A DNA stretch of 64,000 bases from Escherichia coli (lineage in GTDB: Bacteria; Pseudomonadota; Gammaproteobacteria; Enterobacterales; Enterobacteriaceae), in assembly GCF_002854065.1 (NCBI RefSeq), contig NZ_CP024147.1; one strand, given 5' to 3'. Positions 49,037 through 63,777 of the stretch are shown one piece after another (position 1 is the first letter of the stretch; each line of letters starts with the position of its first letter). Both the position numbers and the translations under genes were made by a program. The notes below the pieces were generated by a model. It ran no database searches. It saw only the letters and a list, made by a program, of their open reading frames with translations, and was not told the origin of the DNA.

Positions 49037-50008
49037 ATGAATTTAGAAAAAATCAATGAGTTAACCGCGCAAGATATGGCGGGTGTTAATGCGGCAATCC
49101 TTGAGCAGCTTAATTCCGACGTCCAACTGATCAATCAGTTAGGCTATTACATCGTCAGCGGCGGCGGTAAACGTATTCGTCCGATGATTGCTGTACTGGC
49201 TGCACGAGCTGTTGGCTATGAGGGAAATGCGCATGTCACCATTGCTGCCCTGATCGAGTTTATCCACACGGCGACTCTGCTACACGACGACGTTGTGGAT
49301 GAATCAGATATGCGCAGGGGTAAAGCTACCGCCAACGCCGCATTTGGCAATGCCGCCAGCGTGCTGGTAGGCGATTTTATTTATACCCGCGCGTTCCAGA
49401 TGATGACCAGCCTCGGTTCGCTCAAAGTGCTGGAAGTCATGTCAGAAGCCGTAAACGTCATCGCAGAAGGTGAAGTTCTGCAACTGATGAACGTTAACGA
49501 TCCGGACATCACTGAAGAAAACTACATGCGCGTTATCTATAGCAAAACCGCGCGTCTGTTTGAGGCTGCCGCGCAGTGTTCCGGGATTCTGGCTGGCTGT
49601 ACGCCGGAGGAGGAGAAAGGCCTGCAGGATTATGGGCGCTATCTCGGCACTGCTTTCCAGTTGATCGACGATTTACTCGATTACAATGCCGATGGCGAAC
49701 AGTTAGGTAAAAACGTCGGCGACGATCTGAACGAAGGTAAACCGACGCTGCCGCTGCTGCATGCGATGCATCATGGCACACCAGAACAGGCACAGATGAT
49801 CCGTACCGCCATCGAACAGGGTAACGGTCGCCATCTTCTGGAACCGGTTCTGGAAGCAATGAACGCTTGTGGATCTCTTGAATGGACGCGTCAGCGCGCC
49901 GAGGAAGAAGCAGACAAAGCCATCGCAGCGTTACAGGTGCTCCCGGACACCCCTTGGCGAGAGGCACTCATCGGCCTCGCGCACATCGCTGTTCAACGCG
50001 ATCGTTAA
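49037..50008 (+). CDS. ispB: octaprenyl diphosphate synthase
   Basis: ORF 323 aa with polyprenyl synthase DDxxD motifs (LLHDDVVDESD, FQLIDDLLD). Confidence 0.95.
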   Translation: MNLEKINELTAQDMAGVNAAILEQLNSDVQLINQLGYYIVSGGGKRIRPMIAVLAARAVGYEGNAHVTIAALIEFIHTATLLHDDVVDESDMRRGKATANAAFGNAASVLVGDFIYTRAFQMMTSLGSLKVLEVMSEAVNVIAEGEVLQLMNVNDPDITEENYMRVIYSKTARLFEAAAQCSGILAGCTPEEEKGLQDYGRYLGTAFQLIDDLLDYNADGEQLGKNVGDDLNEGKPTLPLLHAMHHGTPEQAQMIRTAIEQGNGRHLLEPVLEAMNACGSLEWTRQRAEEEADKAIAALQVLPDTPWREALIGLAHIAVQRDR

Positions 50009-50235
50009 TCCCCTCCCCTCATCCCGCGCAGTGCGCGGGATGATTCCAGTAAACTCCATAAGAATACTTATTCAGCGTAATAATGCCTGAAAAACCAGTG
50101 TATACATCTTTATATATTCTGAATATTCACACTCTTTACAGGAACTTTTTAGAGCAATCGGCCATCAGGAGTATAGTGATGCTCGACAGAAGAAGTGTTC
50201 TGAATGAAAGCGACTAACTTAAGGAGTGAGGAAAG

Positions 50236-50514
50236 ATGGAAAGTAATTTCATTGACTGGCATCCCGCTGACATCATTGCGGGTTTGCGCAAGAAGGGAAC
50301 GTCAATGGCGGCGGAGTCTCGCAGAAATGGTTTGAGTTCCTCAACGCTGGCGAACGCATTATCGCGCCCATGGCCGAAAGGAGAGATGATTATTGCGAAA
50401 GCCCTGGGAACTGACCCCTGGGTTATATGGCCATCACGCTACGATGATCCGCAGACCCATGAGTTTATCGACAGAACGCAGTTGATGCGTAGCTACACTA
50501 AACCGAAAAAATGA
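50236..50514 (+). CDS. sfsB: Ner-like DNA-binding transcriptional regulator SfsB (Nlp)
   Basis: ORF 92 aa matching Nlp/SfsB. Confidence 0.9.
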   Translation: MESNFIDWHPADIIAGLRKKGTSMAAESRRNGLSSSTLANALSRPWPKGEMIIAKALGTDPWVIWPSRYDDPQTHEFIDRTQLMRSYTKPKK

Positions 50515-50561
50515 GTGGTCTGGCGGTAGCCCCGCGAACGGGGCTGCCAGCTCTCAGACGA

Positions 50562-51821
<1,260 letters not shown>

Positions 51822-51875
51822 TTAGTTTGTTCTCAGTTAACAATTCATATCCGCTACCGGCGAATCGCCCATAGC

Positions 51876-52130
51876 TCAAAAGCCGTTCAGTTTGCGATCG
51901 CGCGCCCACTCCGCAGGGGTATACGCTTTGATCGACACAGCATGAATGCGGTTATCCGCAATATATTCCATCAGCGGACCATAGACCGTCTGCTGTTTTT
52001 TAACCCGACTCATGCCGTCAAACAACTCACCCACGGCAATAACCTGAAAGTGGCTGCCATCGCCGGAAACGTGGACTTCCTGGAGGGAGAGAGCGTTCAT
52101 CAACACGCTCTGAATTTCATTATTTTCCAT
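51876..52130 (-). CDS. ibaG: BolA-family acid stress protein IbaG (YrbA)
   Basis: ATG at 52130 ([14 protein letters not shown]...), 84 aa. Confidence 0.9.
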
Positions 52131-52249
52131 GGGATCTTCAATCATCAGTTAATAAACCAGCGAAACATCTTAGAGCAAAGCTGCGCTGGCATAAATAAGC
52201 AAAAAGCCTCGCTGATAAATCAGACAAGGCTCGACTTGCAGGCAGGTTT

Positions 52250-52282
52250 GCCGGACAGGCGGTTAACGCCATATCCGGCCTG
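52250..52282. repeat. REP-like palindromic unit between mlaB and ibaG
   Basis: gccggacaggcggttaacgccatatccggcctg resembles the REP consensus. Confidence 0.5.
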
Positions 52283-52289
52283 AAAAAAT

Positions 52290-52582
52290 TTAACGAGGCA
52301 GAACATCAGCAGGCAAATTATACAATTTCGCCAGGGTATACACTTTGTCGTTTACCCCCTGAAGCGTCACGTTGTTGCCCTGCTTTTTCGCCAGATCGAT
52401 AAGATGGAGCAGCAGTGCCAGTCCACCCGTATCCACGCGGGACACACGGCTAAGATCGATGCAGGTAATCCCCTTCACCGCTTCCTCACGCATTTCCCAA
52501 AGCGGTAGCAGAACGTCCTGATCCAGCTCTCCGGATAACGCCAGCGTGTCACCCGTCTGCATCCAGCTCAGTGACTCGCTCA

Positions 52583-52583
<1 letters not shown>
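52290..52583 (-). CDS. mlaB: STAS-domain phospholipid ABC transporter accessory protein MlaB
   Basis: ATG at 52583 (MSESLSWMQTGDTL...), 97 aa. Confidence 0.9.
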
Positions 52584-53236
<653 letters not shown>

Positions 53237-53788
53237 TTATTTCGTTGTACCCACAGGTTCAGTGGTTTCATTATTACCTGGCGCAGCAGCTGGCGCATCG
53301 CCACTATTCTTATTGTCATCGCCTTTACTACCGTAAAGGAACTGACCAATGAGATCTTCCAGCACCATCGCAGACTTGGTGTCCTGAATTGTATCGCCAT
53401 CCTTCAGGATAGCAGTCCCCAGTTCCGGGTCTTCAAAACCGACGTTTAATGCCAGATATTGTTCCCCCAGCAGGCCGGAAGTACGAATGCTCAGCGAACT
53501 GGTATCAGGAATGTGGTTATAACGTTGTTCAATTTCCAGCGTTACGCGCGGCAGATAGGTTTTCGGGTCCAGCGTAATATCCGCCACCCGGCCCACAACA
53601 ACGCCACCAATGCTGACCGGAGAGCGCGCTTTCAGGCCGCCAATGTTATCGAACGTCGCATAAAGCGTGTAGGTCGGTTCAGTACGTATTGACGTCACGT
53701 TCGCCGCCTTCAGGCAAACAAACAGCGCCGCCAGCAGTGCTGCTAATAAAAAGATACCCACCCAAATTTCATTTTTTTTCGTTTGCAT
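53237..53788 (-). CDS. mlaD: MCE-domain phospholipid transport protein MlaD
   Basis: ATG at 53788 (MQTKKNEIWVGIF...), 183 aa. Confidence 0.93.
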   Translation of the reverse strand: MQTKKNEIWVGIFLLAALLAALFVCLKAANVTSIRTEPTYTLYATFDNIGGLKARSPVSIGGVVVGRVADITLDPKTYLPRVTLEIEQRYNHIPDTSSLSIRTSGLLGEQYLALNVGFEDPELGTAILKDGDTIQDTKSAMVLEDLIGQFLYGSKGDDNKNSGDAPAAAPGNNETTEPVGTTK

Positions 53789-53792
53789 GAAC

Positions 53793-55392
<1,600 letters not shown>

Positions 55393-55601
55393 AATTCACC
55401 CTTCGTCTTGCGTTGATTTTCTAAGCATGGCGCTCAATTTAACCTTGAACCCAACATATTTACAGAATATTACCCGCCGTGGTTAGCGAAAGCTGGCATT
55501 TGTTTTACTTTTTAGCCGCATAAAGTCAAAATTAAGAATCCGTTACGGCTTTCTGAAAATCTTCAGCGGACCGGCGAGTATACCTGAAGAAAGGACGTTA
55601 G

Positions 55602-56579
55602 ATGCTTTTAGCTACGGCACTGTTAATTGTTGGTTTACTTTTGGTCGTTTACAGTGCCGACCGCCTGGTTTTTGCCGCGTCTATTCTTTGCCGAACCTTT
55701 GGCATCCCGCCGCTGATCATCGGCATGACGGTGGTCAGTATTGGTACATCGTTACCAGAAATCATCGTCTCGCTTGCCGCGTCTCTGCACGAACAACGCG
55801 ATTTAGCCGTTGGTACAGCCCTCGGCTCAAACATTATCAATATATTGCTGATCCTCGGTCTGGCTGCGCTGGTTCGTCCTTTTACCGTCCATTCTGATGT
55901 TCTACGCCGTGAATTACCCTTAATGTTGTTGGTCAGCGTGGTGGCCGGTTCCGTACTCTATGACGGACAACTTAGTCGCAGCGATGGTATCTTTCTCCTC
56001 TTTCTGGCTGTGCTATGGCTGCTGTTCATTGTTAAACTTGCACGTCAGGCTGAACGTCAGGGGACTGACAGCCTGACCAGAGAGCAGCTTGCAGAGCTGC
56101 CGCGTGACGGCGGATTGCCCGTCGCGTTTTTATGGCTCGGCATTGCGCTTATCATCATGCCAGTGGCCACGCGGATGGTGGTTGATAACGCCACGGTGCT
56201 GGCGAATTACTTTGCCATCAGCGAGTTGACGATGGGGCTGACGGCAATTGCTATCGGAACCAGCCTGCCGGAACTGGCAACCGCAATAGCGGGGGTTCGC
56301 AAAGGTGAAAACGACATTGCTGTCGGAAATATCATTGGCGCAAACATTTTTAATATTGTCATCGTGTTGGGTTTACCCGCGCTGATAACGCCAGGAGAGA
56401 TTGATCCACTGGCGTACAGTCGTGACTACAGCGTGATGTTGCTGGTGAGCATTATTTTTGCGTTGCTGTGCTGGCGGCGCTCCCCGCAACCGGGCCGTGG
56501 TGTAGGGGTATTATTAACTGGCGGATTTATCGTATGGCTGGCGATGTTGTACTGGTTATCGCCAATACTCGTTGAATAA
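55602..56579 (+). CDS. yrbG: Na+/Ca2+ exchanger-like inner membrane protein YrbG
   Basis: ORF 325 aa with duplicated alpha-repeat motifs (GTSLPE). Confidence 0.92.
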   Translation: MLLATALLIVGLLLVVYSADRLVFAASILCRTFGIPPLIIGMTVVSIGTSLPEIIVSLAASLHEQRDLAVGTALGSNIINILLILGLAALVRPFTVHSDVLRRELPLMLLVSVVAGSVLYDGQLSRSDGIFLLFLAVLWLLFIVKLARQAERQGTDSLTREQLAELPRDGGLPVAFLWLGIALIIMPVATRMVVDNATVLANYFAISELTMGLTAIAIGTSLPELATAIAGVRKGENDIAVGNIIGANIFNIVIVLGLPALITPGEIDPLAYSRDYSVMLLVSIIFALLCWRRSPQPGRGVGVLLTGGFIVWLAMLYWLSPILVE

Positions 56580-56592
56580 CTGGAAACGCATT

Positions 56593-57579
56593 ATGTCGCA
56601 CGTAGAGTTACAACCGGGTTTTGACTTTCAGCAAGCAGGTAAAGAAGTCCTGGCGATTGAACGTGAATGCCTGGCGGAGCTTGATCAATACATCAATCAG
56701 AATTTCACGCTTGCCTGTGAAAAGATGTTCTGGTGTAAAGGGAAAGTTGTCGTCATGGGGATGGGGAAATCGGGGCACATCGGGCGCAAAATGGCCGCAA
56801 CGTTTGCCAGCACCGGTACACCTTCATTTTTCGTCCATCCTGGTGAAGCCGCGCATGGTGATTTAGGCATGGTCACCCCACAGGATGTGGTGATTGCTAT
56901 CTCTAACTCAGGTGAATCCAGCGAAATCACTGCCTTAATTCCAGTGCTTAAGCGTCTTCACGTACCGTTAATCTGCATCACCGGTCGCCCGGAGAGCAGC
57001 ATGGCGCGCGCCGCAGATGTGCATCTGTGTGTTAAAGTAGCGAAAGAAGCCTGTCCGTTAGGGCTGGCACCGACCAGCAGCACCACCGCCACGCTGGTTA
57101 TGGGCGATGCCCTCGCTGTCGCGCTGTTAAAAGCACGCGGCTTTACTGCTGAAGATTTTGCGCTCTCACACCCAGGCGGCGTACTGGGTCGTAAACTTCT
57201 GCTGCGCGTAAACGATATTATGCATACGGGCGATGAGATCCCGCATGTTAAGAAAACGGCCAGTCTGCGTGACGCGTTACTGGAAGTTACCCGCAAAAAT
57301 CTTGGTATGACTGTCATTTGCGATGACAATATGATGATTGAAGGCATCTTTACCGACGGTGATTTACGCCGTGTCTTCGATATGGGCGTGGATGTTCGTC
57401 AGTTAAGTATTGCCGATGTGATGACGCCGGGGGGAATACGCGTGCGCCCTGGCATTCTGGCCGTTGAGGCACTGAACTTAATGCAGTCCCGCCATATCAC
57501 CTCCGTGATGGTTGCCGATGGCGACCATTTACTCGGTGTGTTACATATGCATGATTTACTGCGTGCAGGCGTAGTGTAA
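56593..57579 (+). CDS. kdsD: D-arabinose 5-phosphate isomerase
   Basis: ATG at 56593 (MSHVELQPGFDF...), 328 aa, SIS plus CBS domains. Confidence 0.93.
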   Translation: MSHVELQPGFDFQQAGKEVLAIERECLAELDQYINQNFTLACEKMFWCKGKVVVMGMGKSGHIGRKMAATFASTGTPSFFVHPGEAAHGDLGMVTPQDVVIAISNSGESSEITALIPVLKRLHVPLICITGRPESSMARAADVHLCVKVAKEACPLGLAPTSSTTATLVMGDALAVALLKARGFTAEDFALSHPGGVLGRKLLLRVNDIMHTGDEIPHVKKTASLRDALLEVTRKNLGMTVICDDNMMIEGIFTDGDLRRVFDMGVDVRQLSIADVMTPGGIRVRPGILAVEALNLMQSRHITSVMVADGDHLLGVLHMHDLLRAGVV

Positions 57580-57599
57580 AGATTCAAGGATAAACAACA

Positions 57600-58166
57600 A
57601 TGAGCAAAGCAGGTGCGTCGCTTGCGACCTGTTACGGCCCTGTCAGCGCCGACGTTATAGCAAAAGCAGAGAACATTCGTCTGCTAATCCTCGACGTTGA
57701 TGGCGTACTGTCAGATGGCCTGATTTATATGGGCAATAACGGCGAAGAGCTGAAAGCGTTCAATGTTCGTGACGGTTATGGCATTCGTTGTGCGCTCACC
57801 TCTGATATTGAAGTCGCTATCATTACCGGGCGAAAGGCTAAACTGGTAGAAGATCGTTGTGCCACATTGGGGATCACTCACTTGTATCAGGGGCAGTCAA
57901 ACAAACTGATCGCCTTTAGCGATCTGCTGGAAAAATTGGCGATTGCCCCGGAAAATGTGGCTTATGTCGGCGATGATCTCATCGACTGGCCGGTAATGGA
58001 AAAAGTAGGTTTAAGCGTCGCCGTGGCCGATGCGCATCCACTGTTGATCCCGCGCGCCGATTACGTGACGCGCATTGCTGGCGGTCGTGGCGCAGTGCGC
58101 GAAGTTTGCGACTTATTACTCCTGGCGCAGGGCAAACTGGATGAAGCCAAAGGGCAATCGATATGA
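57600..58166 (+). CDS. kdsC: 3-deoxy-D-manno-octulosonate 8-phosphate phosphatase
   Basis: ORF 188 aa, HAD family (…LILDVDGVL…). Confidence 0.93.
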   Translation: MSKAGASLATCYGPVSADVIAKAENIRLLILDVDGVLSDGLIYMGNNGEELKAFNVRDGYGIRCALTSDIEVAIITGRKAKLVEDRCATLGITHLYQGQSNKLIAFSDLLEKLAIAPENVAYVGDDLIDWPVMEKVGLSVAVADAHPLLIPRADYVTRIAGGRGAVREVCDLLLLAQGKLDEAKGQSI

Positions 58167-58738
58167 GTAAAGCCAGACGTTGGGTTATCATTGTGCTATC
58201 ACTGGCGGTTCTGGTGATGATCGGCATTAATATGGCCGAAAAAGACGATACCGCCCAGGTGGTCGTCAACAACAATGATCCCACCTATAAAAGCGAGCAT
58301 ACGGACACGCTCGTCTATAACCCAGAAGGGGCGCTAAGCTATCGATTGATTGCTCAACACGTTGAATATTATTCCGATCAGGCCGTTTCGTGGTTTACGC
58401 AGCCGGTACTTACCACGTTTGATAAGGATAAAATCCCGACATGGTCCGTAAAAGCAGATAAAGCCAAGCTGACCAATGACCGGATGCTCTATTTATATGG
58501 ACACGTTGAAGTCAACGCACTCGTGCCGGACTCTCAACTTCGCAGAATCACGACGGATAACGCGCAGATCAATCTGGTGACGCAGGATGTTACCTCTGAA
58601 GACCTCGTCACGTTATACGGAACAACATTTAACTCCAGCGGTCTGAAAATGCGCGGCAACTTACGCAGCAAGAACGCCGAGCTGATTGAAAAGGTTAGAA
58701 CATCCTATGAAATTCAAAACAAACAAACTCAGCCTTAA
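58163..58738 (+). CDS. lptC: LPS export protein LptC
   Basis: ORF 191 aa overlapping the kdsC stop by 4 nt. Confidence 0.93.
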   Translation: MSKARRWVIIVLSLAVLVMIGINMAEKDDTAQVVVNNNDPTYKSEHTDTLVYNPEGALSYRLIAQHVEYYSDQAVSWFTQPVLTTFDKDKIPTWSVKADKAKLTNDRMLYLYGHVEVNALVPDSQLRRITTDNAQINLVTQDVTSEDLVTLYGTTFNSSGLKMRGNLRSKNAELIEKVRTSYEIQNKQTQP

Positions 58739-59264
58739 TCTTGTGCTTGCCAGCTCACTTCTGGCCGCCAGCATTCCGGCATTTGCCGTAACCGGAGACA
58801 CTGATCAGCCGATCCACATTGAATCGGACCAGCAATCTCTTGATATGCAAGGCAACGTGGTTACCTTTACCGGTAATGTCATCGTCACCCAGGGCACCAT
58901 AAAAATTAATGCCGACAAAGTGGTCGTTACCCGTCCGGGTGGCGAACAAGGTAAAGAAGTGATTGACGGCTACGGTAAACCGGCAACGTTCTACCAGATG
59001 CAGGACAACGGTAAACCCGTTGAAGGTCACGCTTCCCAGATGCACTACGAACTGGCAAAAGATTTTGTCGTTCTGACGGGTAATGCTTATCTGCAGCAGG
59101 TCGATAGCAACATTAAGGGCGATAAGATCACTTACCTGGTAAAAGAGCAGAAAATGCAGGCTTTCAGCGACAAAGGCAAGCGCGTAACCACCGTTCTGGT
59201 GCCGTCGCAGCTGCAGGACAAAAACAACAAAGGCCAGACCCCGGCACAGAAGAAGGGTAATTAA
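58707..59264 (+). CDS. lptA: LPS export periplasmic protein LptA
   Basis: ATG at 58707 (MKFKTNKLSLNLV...), 185 aa with signal peptide. Confidence 0.93.
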   Translation: MKFKTNKLSLNLVLASSLLAASIPAFAVTGDTDQPIHIESDQQSLDMQGNVVTFTGNVIVTQGTIKINADKVVVTRPGGEQGKEVIDGYGKPATFYQMQDNGKPVEGHASQMHYELAKDFVVLTGNAYLQQVDSNIKGDKITYLVKEQKMQAFSDKGKRVTTVLVPSQLQDKNNKGQTPAQKKGN

Positions 59265-59270
59265 TTCGTT

Positions 59271-59996
59271 ATGGCAACATTAACTGCAAAGAACCTTGCA
59301 AAAGCCTATAAAGGCCGTCGCGTGGTAGAAGACGTCAGCCTGACCGTCAACTCCGGGGAAATTGTCGGTCTGCTGGGGCCAAACGGTGCCGGTAAGACCA
59401 CCACTTTCTATATGGTTGTTGGCATTGTGCCGCGCGATGCGGGCAACATCATTATTGATGATGACGATATCAGTCTGCTGCCTCTGCATGCACGCGCGCG
59501 CCGCGGTATCGGCTATCTGCCGCAGGAAGCCTCCATTTTCCGTCGCCTCAGCGTTTACGATAACCTGATGGCGGTACTGCAAATTCGTGACGACTTGTCT
59601 GCTGAACAACGTGAAGACCGTGCGAACGAGCTGATGGAAGAGTTTCACATTGAGCACCTGCGTGACAGCATGGGGCAGTCACTCTCCGGGGGTGAACGTC
59701 GCCGCGTAGAAATTGCCCGCGCACTGGCTGCGAATCCGAAATTTATTCTGCTCGACGAACCGTTTGCCGGGGTTGACCCGATCTCGGTTATCGACATTAA
59801 ACGCATCATTGAGCACCTGCGCGACAGCGGCCTGGGCGTGCTGATCACTGACCACAACGTGCGTGAAACACTGGCGGTTTGTGAACGCGCTTATATCGTC
59901 AGTCAGGGGCATTTGATCGCCCACGGCACGCCTACAGAAATCTTACAAGACGAACACGTTAAGCGTGTATACCTTGGGGAAGACTTCAGACTCTGA
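59271..59996 (+). CDS. lptB: LPS export ABC transporter ATP-binding protein LptB
   Basis: ORF 241 aa with Walker [10 protein letters not shown] and signature LSGGERRR. Confidence 0.95.
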
Positions 59997-60043
59997 TAGG
60001 GTAGAAGTTTGCGACGTTTTAGCAGGAGAGTACGATTCTGAAC

Positions 60044-61477
60044 ATGAAGCAAGGTTTGCAACTCAGGCTTAGCCAACAACTGGCGATGACGCCACAGCTC
60101 CAACAGGCAATTCGTCTGTTGCAGTTGTCGACGCTGGAACTTCAGCAGGAGCTACAGCAGGCGCTGGAGAGTAATCCGCTGCTTGAGCAAATCGACACTC
60201 ATGAAGAAATCGACACCCGCGAAACGCAAGACAGTGAAACGCTGGACACCGCCGACGCGCTCGAACAAAAAGAGATGCCGGAAGAGCTGCCGCTCGATGC
60301 CAGTTGGGACACCATTTACACCGCTGGTACACCATCCGGCACCAGCGGTGACTACATTGACGACGAGCTACCGGTCTATCAGGGCGAAACGACGCAGACC
60401 TTGCAGGATTACCTGATGTGGCAGGTCGAGCTGACACCGTTTTCCGACACTGACCGCGCTATTGCTACCTCTATCGTCGATGCCGTTGATGACACCGGTT
60501 ATCTGACTGTCCCGCTGGAAGATATTCTCGAAAGTATGGGCGATGAAGAGATCGACATCGACGAAGTTGAAGCCGTCCTTAAGCGGATCCAACGGTTTGA
60601 TCCGGTCGGTGTGGCGGCAAAAGATCTGCGTGACTGCCTGCTGATCCAACTCTCCCAATTCGATAAAACCACGCCGTGGCTGGAAGAGGCCAGACTGATT
60701 ATTAGCGATCATCTCGATCTGTTAGCCAATCACGACTTCCGCACTTTAATGCGCGTCACGCGTCTGAAAGAAGATGTGCTGAAAGAAGCCGTCAATCTGA
60801 TCCAGTCGCTCGATCCGCGCCCCGGACAATCGATCCAGACTGGCGAACCTGAGTATGTCATTCCAGATGTGCTGGTGCGTAAGCATAACGGTCACTGGAC
60901 GGTAGAACTCAACAGTGACAGCATTCCGCGTCTGCAAATCAACCAGCACTACGCCTCGATGTGCAATAACGCGCGCAACGATGGTGATAGCCAGTTTATC
61001 CGCAGCAATCTGCAGGATGCCAAATGGTTGATCAAGAGTCTGGAAAGCCGTAACGATACGCTACTGCGCGTGAGTCGCTGTATCGTTGAACAGCAGCAAG
61101 CCTTCTTTGAGCAAGGTGAAGAATATATGAAACCGATGGTACTGGCCGATATCGCCCAGGCTGTCGAAATGCATGAATCGACGATATCTCGCGTGACCAC
61201 GCAAAAATACCTGCATAGTCCACGAGGCATTTTTGAACTGAAGTATTTCTTTTCCAGTCACGTCAATACCGAGGGCGGCGGCGAAGCTTCCTCCACGGCG
61301 ATTCGTGCGCTGGTGAAGAAATTAATCGCGGCGGAAAACCCGGCGAAACCGTTGAGCGACAGCAAGTTAACCTCTTTGCTGTCGGAACAAGGTATCATGG
61401 TGGCACGCCGCACTGTTGCGAAGTACCGAGAGTCTTTATCCATTCCGCCGTCAAACCAGCGTAAACAGCTCGTTTGA
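60044..61477 (+). CDS. rpoN: RNA polymerase sigma-54 factor
   Basis: ORF 477 aa with Gln-rich N-terminus and C-terminal RpoN box ([10 protein letters not shown]). Confidence 0.95.
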   Translation: MKQGLQLRLSQQLAMTPQLQQAIRLLQLSTLELQQELQQALESNPLLEQIDTHEEIDTRETQDSETLDTADALEQKEMPEELPLDASWDTIYTAGTPSGTSGDYIDDELPVYQGETTQTLQDYLMWQVELTPFSDTDRAIATSIVDAVDDTGYLTVPLEDILESMGDEEIDIDEVEAVLKRIQRFDPVGVAAKDLRDCLLIQLSQFDKTTPWLEEARLIISDHLDLLANHDFRTLMRVTRLKEDVLKEAVNLIQSLDPRPGQSIQTGEPEYVIPDVLVRKHNGHWTVELNSDSIPRLQINQHYASMCNNARNDGDSQFIRSNLQDAKWLIKSLESRNDTLLRVSRCIVEQQQAFFEQGEEYMKPMVLADIAQAVEMHESTISRVTTQKYLHSPRGIFELKYFFSSHVNTEGGGEASSTAIRALVKKLIAAENPAKPLSDSKLTSLLSEQGIMVARRTVAKYRESLSIPPSNQRKQLV

Positions 61478-61499
61478 CCCAACCGATAAGGAAGACACT

Positions 61500-61787
61500 A
61501 TGCAGCTCAACATTACCGGAAATAACGTCGAGATCACCGAGGCACTGCGCGAATTTGTTACAGCCAAATTTGCCAAACTTGAGCAATATTTTGACCGAAT
61601 CAACCAGGTCTATGTTGTTCTGAAAGTGGAGAAAGTCACCCACACCTCAGATGCAACACTGCATGTAAACGGTGGTGAAATTCATGCCAGCGCGGAAGGT
61701 CAGGACATGTACGCTGCCATTGATGGCTTAATTGATAAGCTGGCACGCCAGTTGACCAAACATAAAGATAAACTGAAACAACACTAA
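61500..61787 (+). CDS. hpf: ribosome hibernation promoting factor
   Basis: ATG at 61500 (MQLNITGNNVEITEALREF...), 95 aa. Confidence 0.93.
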   Translation: MQLNITGNNVEITEALREFVTAKFAKLEQYFDRINQVYVVLKVEKVTHTSDATLHVNGGEIHASAEGQDMYAAIDGLIDKLARQLTKHKDKLKQH

Positions 61788-61904
61788 TTGTCCGGGCAAT
61801 TAGCATGTGCATGGCGGCCTGTTGTGCGGCACAACGGGCCATTTGTACGGTTAATGCTCCGAGCCTGTTCCACTGTTTGAGTGGGCAGGTTCTTAGGTGA
61901 AATT

Positions 61905-62396
61905 ATGACAAATAATGATACAACTCTACAGCTTAGCAGTGTTCTTAACAGGGAATGTACGCGAAGCCGCGTCCACTGTCAGAGCAAAAAACGCGCCCTG
62001 GAAATCATCAGCGAGCTGGCGGCGAAACAACTTAGCCTGCCGCCTCAGGTGGTTTTTGAAGCTATCCTGACGCGGGAAAAAATGGGCAGTACCGGTATCG
62101 GCAATGGTATTGCCATTCCGCATGGCAAACTGGAAGAAGATACTCTGCGTGCCGTTGGCGTTTTCGTTCAGCTCGAAACGCCTATAGCTTTCGATGCCAT
62201 CGACAACCAACCGGTGGACTTACTTTTTGCCCTGCTGGTGCCGGCAGACCAAACTAAAACGCACCTGCATACTCTGTCGCTGGTGGCAAAACGTCTGGCG
62301 GACAAAACCATCTGCCGCCGTTTACGCGCAGCCCAGAGCGATGAAGAGCTGTATCAAATCATTACGGATACCGAAGGTACTCCGGATGAAGCGTAG
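61905..62396 (+). CDS. ptsN: nitrogen-related PTS IIA protein PtsN (EIIA-Ntr)
   Basis: ATG at 61905 (MTNNDTTLQLSSVL...), 163 aa. Confidence 0.93.
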   Translation: MTNNDTTLQLSSVLNRECTRSRVHCQSKKRALEIISELAAKQLSLPPQVVFEAILTREKMGSTGIGNGIAIPHGKLEEDTLRAVGVFVQLETPIAFDAIDNQPVDLLFALLVPADQTKTHLHTLSLVAKRLADKTICRRLRAAQSDEELYQIITDTEGTPDEA

Positions 62397-62441
62397 TTAT
62401 TCGGTAATGTCTCTTTTAGACGTTGTGAGGAGAAACAGTAC

Positions 62442-63296
62442 ATGGTACTGATGATCGTCAGCGGACGTTCAGGTTCAGGTAAATCTGTCGCCCTGCGTGC
62501 GCTGGAAGATATGGGTTTTTACTGCGTGGATAACCTTCCCGTAGTGTTGTTACCCGATCTGGCTCGAACCCTGGCCGATCGCGAGATTTCTGCCGCCGTC
62601 AGCATTGATGTTCGTAATATGCCGGAGTCACCAGAAATATTCGAACAGGCGATGAGTAACCTGCCTGACGCTTTCTCACCGCAACTACTGTTCCTGGATG
62701 CCGACCGTAATACCTTAATTCGTCGTTACAGTGACACGCGCCGACTGCATCCGCTTTCCAGCAAAAACCTGTCGCTGGAAAGTGCTATCGACAAAGAAAG
62801 CGATCTGCTGGAGCCTCTGCGTTCGCGAGCGGATCTGATTGTCGATACCTCAGAAATGTCCGTTCACGAGCTGGCAGAAATGCTGCGTACCCGTCTGCTG
62901 GGTAAACGTGAACGCGAACTGACAATGGTCTTTGAGTCTTTCGGCTTCAAACACGGTATCCCTATCGATGCAGATTACGTCTTTGACGTGCGCTTCTTGC
63001 CGAACCCGCACTGGGATCCGAAACTGCGTCCAATGACAGGTCTTGATAAGCCTGTCGCCGCGTTCCTCGACCGCCACACAGAAGTACACAATTTTATCTA
63101 CCAGACGCGAAGCTATCTTGAGCTATGGTTACCTATGCTGGAAACCAACAACCGTAGCTACCTGACGGTCGCCATTGGTTGTACCGGCGGGAAGCACCGT
63201 TCGGTGTATATTGCAGAGCAACTGGCTGACTACTTCCGCTCGCGCGGTAAAAACGTCCAGTCACGCCATCGTACGCTGGAAAAACGTAAACCATGA
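62442..63296 (+). CDS. rapZ: RNase adapter protein RapZ (YhbJ), P-loop NTPase
   Basis: ORF 284 aa with Walker A GRSGSGKS. Confidence 0.93.
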
Positions 63297-63565
63297 CCGT
63301 CAAGCAAACTGTTGAAATCACAAACAAGCTGGGCATGCATGCCCGGCCTGCAATGAAGCTGTTTGAATTAATGCAGGGTTTTGACGCTGAAGTGCTGTTA
63401 CGTAATGACGAAGGCACCGAGGCTGAAGCCAACAGCGTTATTGCGCTGCTGATGTTGGATTCTGCCAAAGGACGGCAGATTGAAGTTGAAGCGACCGGTC
63501 CACAGGAAGAGGAAGCACTGGCCGCCGTTATCGCCCTCTTTAACTCTGGTTTTGATGAAGATTAA
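63293..63565 (+). CDS. npr: phosphocarrier protein NPr (PtsO)
   Basis: ORF 90 aa, HPr-like; overlaps the rapZ stop by 4 nt. Confidence 0.93.
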
Positions 63566-63710
63566 TCTTCATCACTTTGACATTCAAATCCCTTCAAGCT
63601 CCCCCGGCAATAAGAAAAGCGCGTACTGAAATCGTTCTCAATCAACGTCAATTGTACATTTCGTGCGCTTTTTACTTTCAGAAGAACCTTAAGAAAACCT
63701 TAAGAAGCAT

Positions 63711-63727
63711 TGTTTAGGTTTCGTTTA
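63711..63727 (+). promoter_or_regulatory. candidate PhoP box upstream of yrbL
   Basis: TGTTTA-ggttt-CGTTTA: direct hexamer repeat with 5-nt spacer matching the PhoP box (T/G)GTTTA-N5-(T/G)GTTTA, ~50 bp upstream of the yrbL ATG; yrbL is known to be PhoP-activated. Confidence 0.45.
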
Positions 63728-63777
63728 AGTTAATCGACCATACTGGAGATCGTCAGAAAATATTTCCAGGAGATGGC

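Noticed and set aside
63600-63670. Possible terminator hairpin after npr (aaaagcgcg ... cgtgcgcttttt)
   Set aside because: Arms are only about 5 bp complementary with a ~35-nt loop; not a convincing intrinsic terminator
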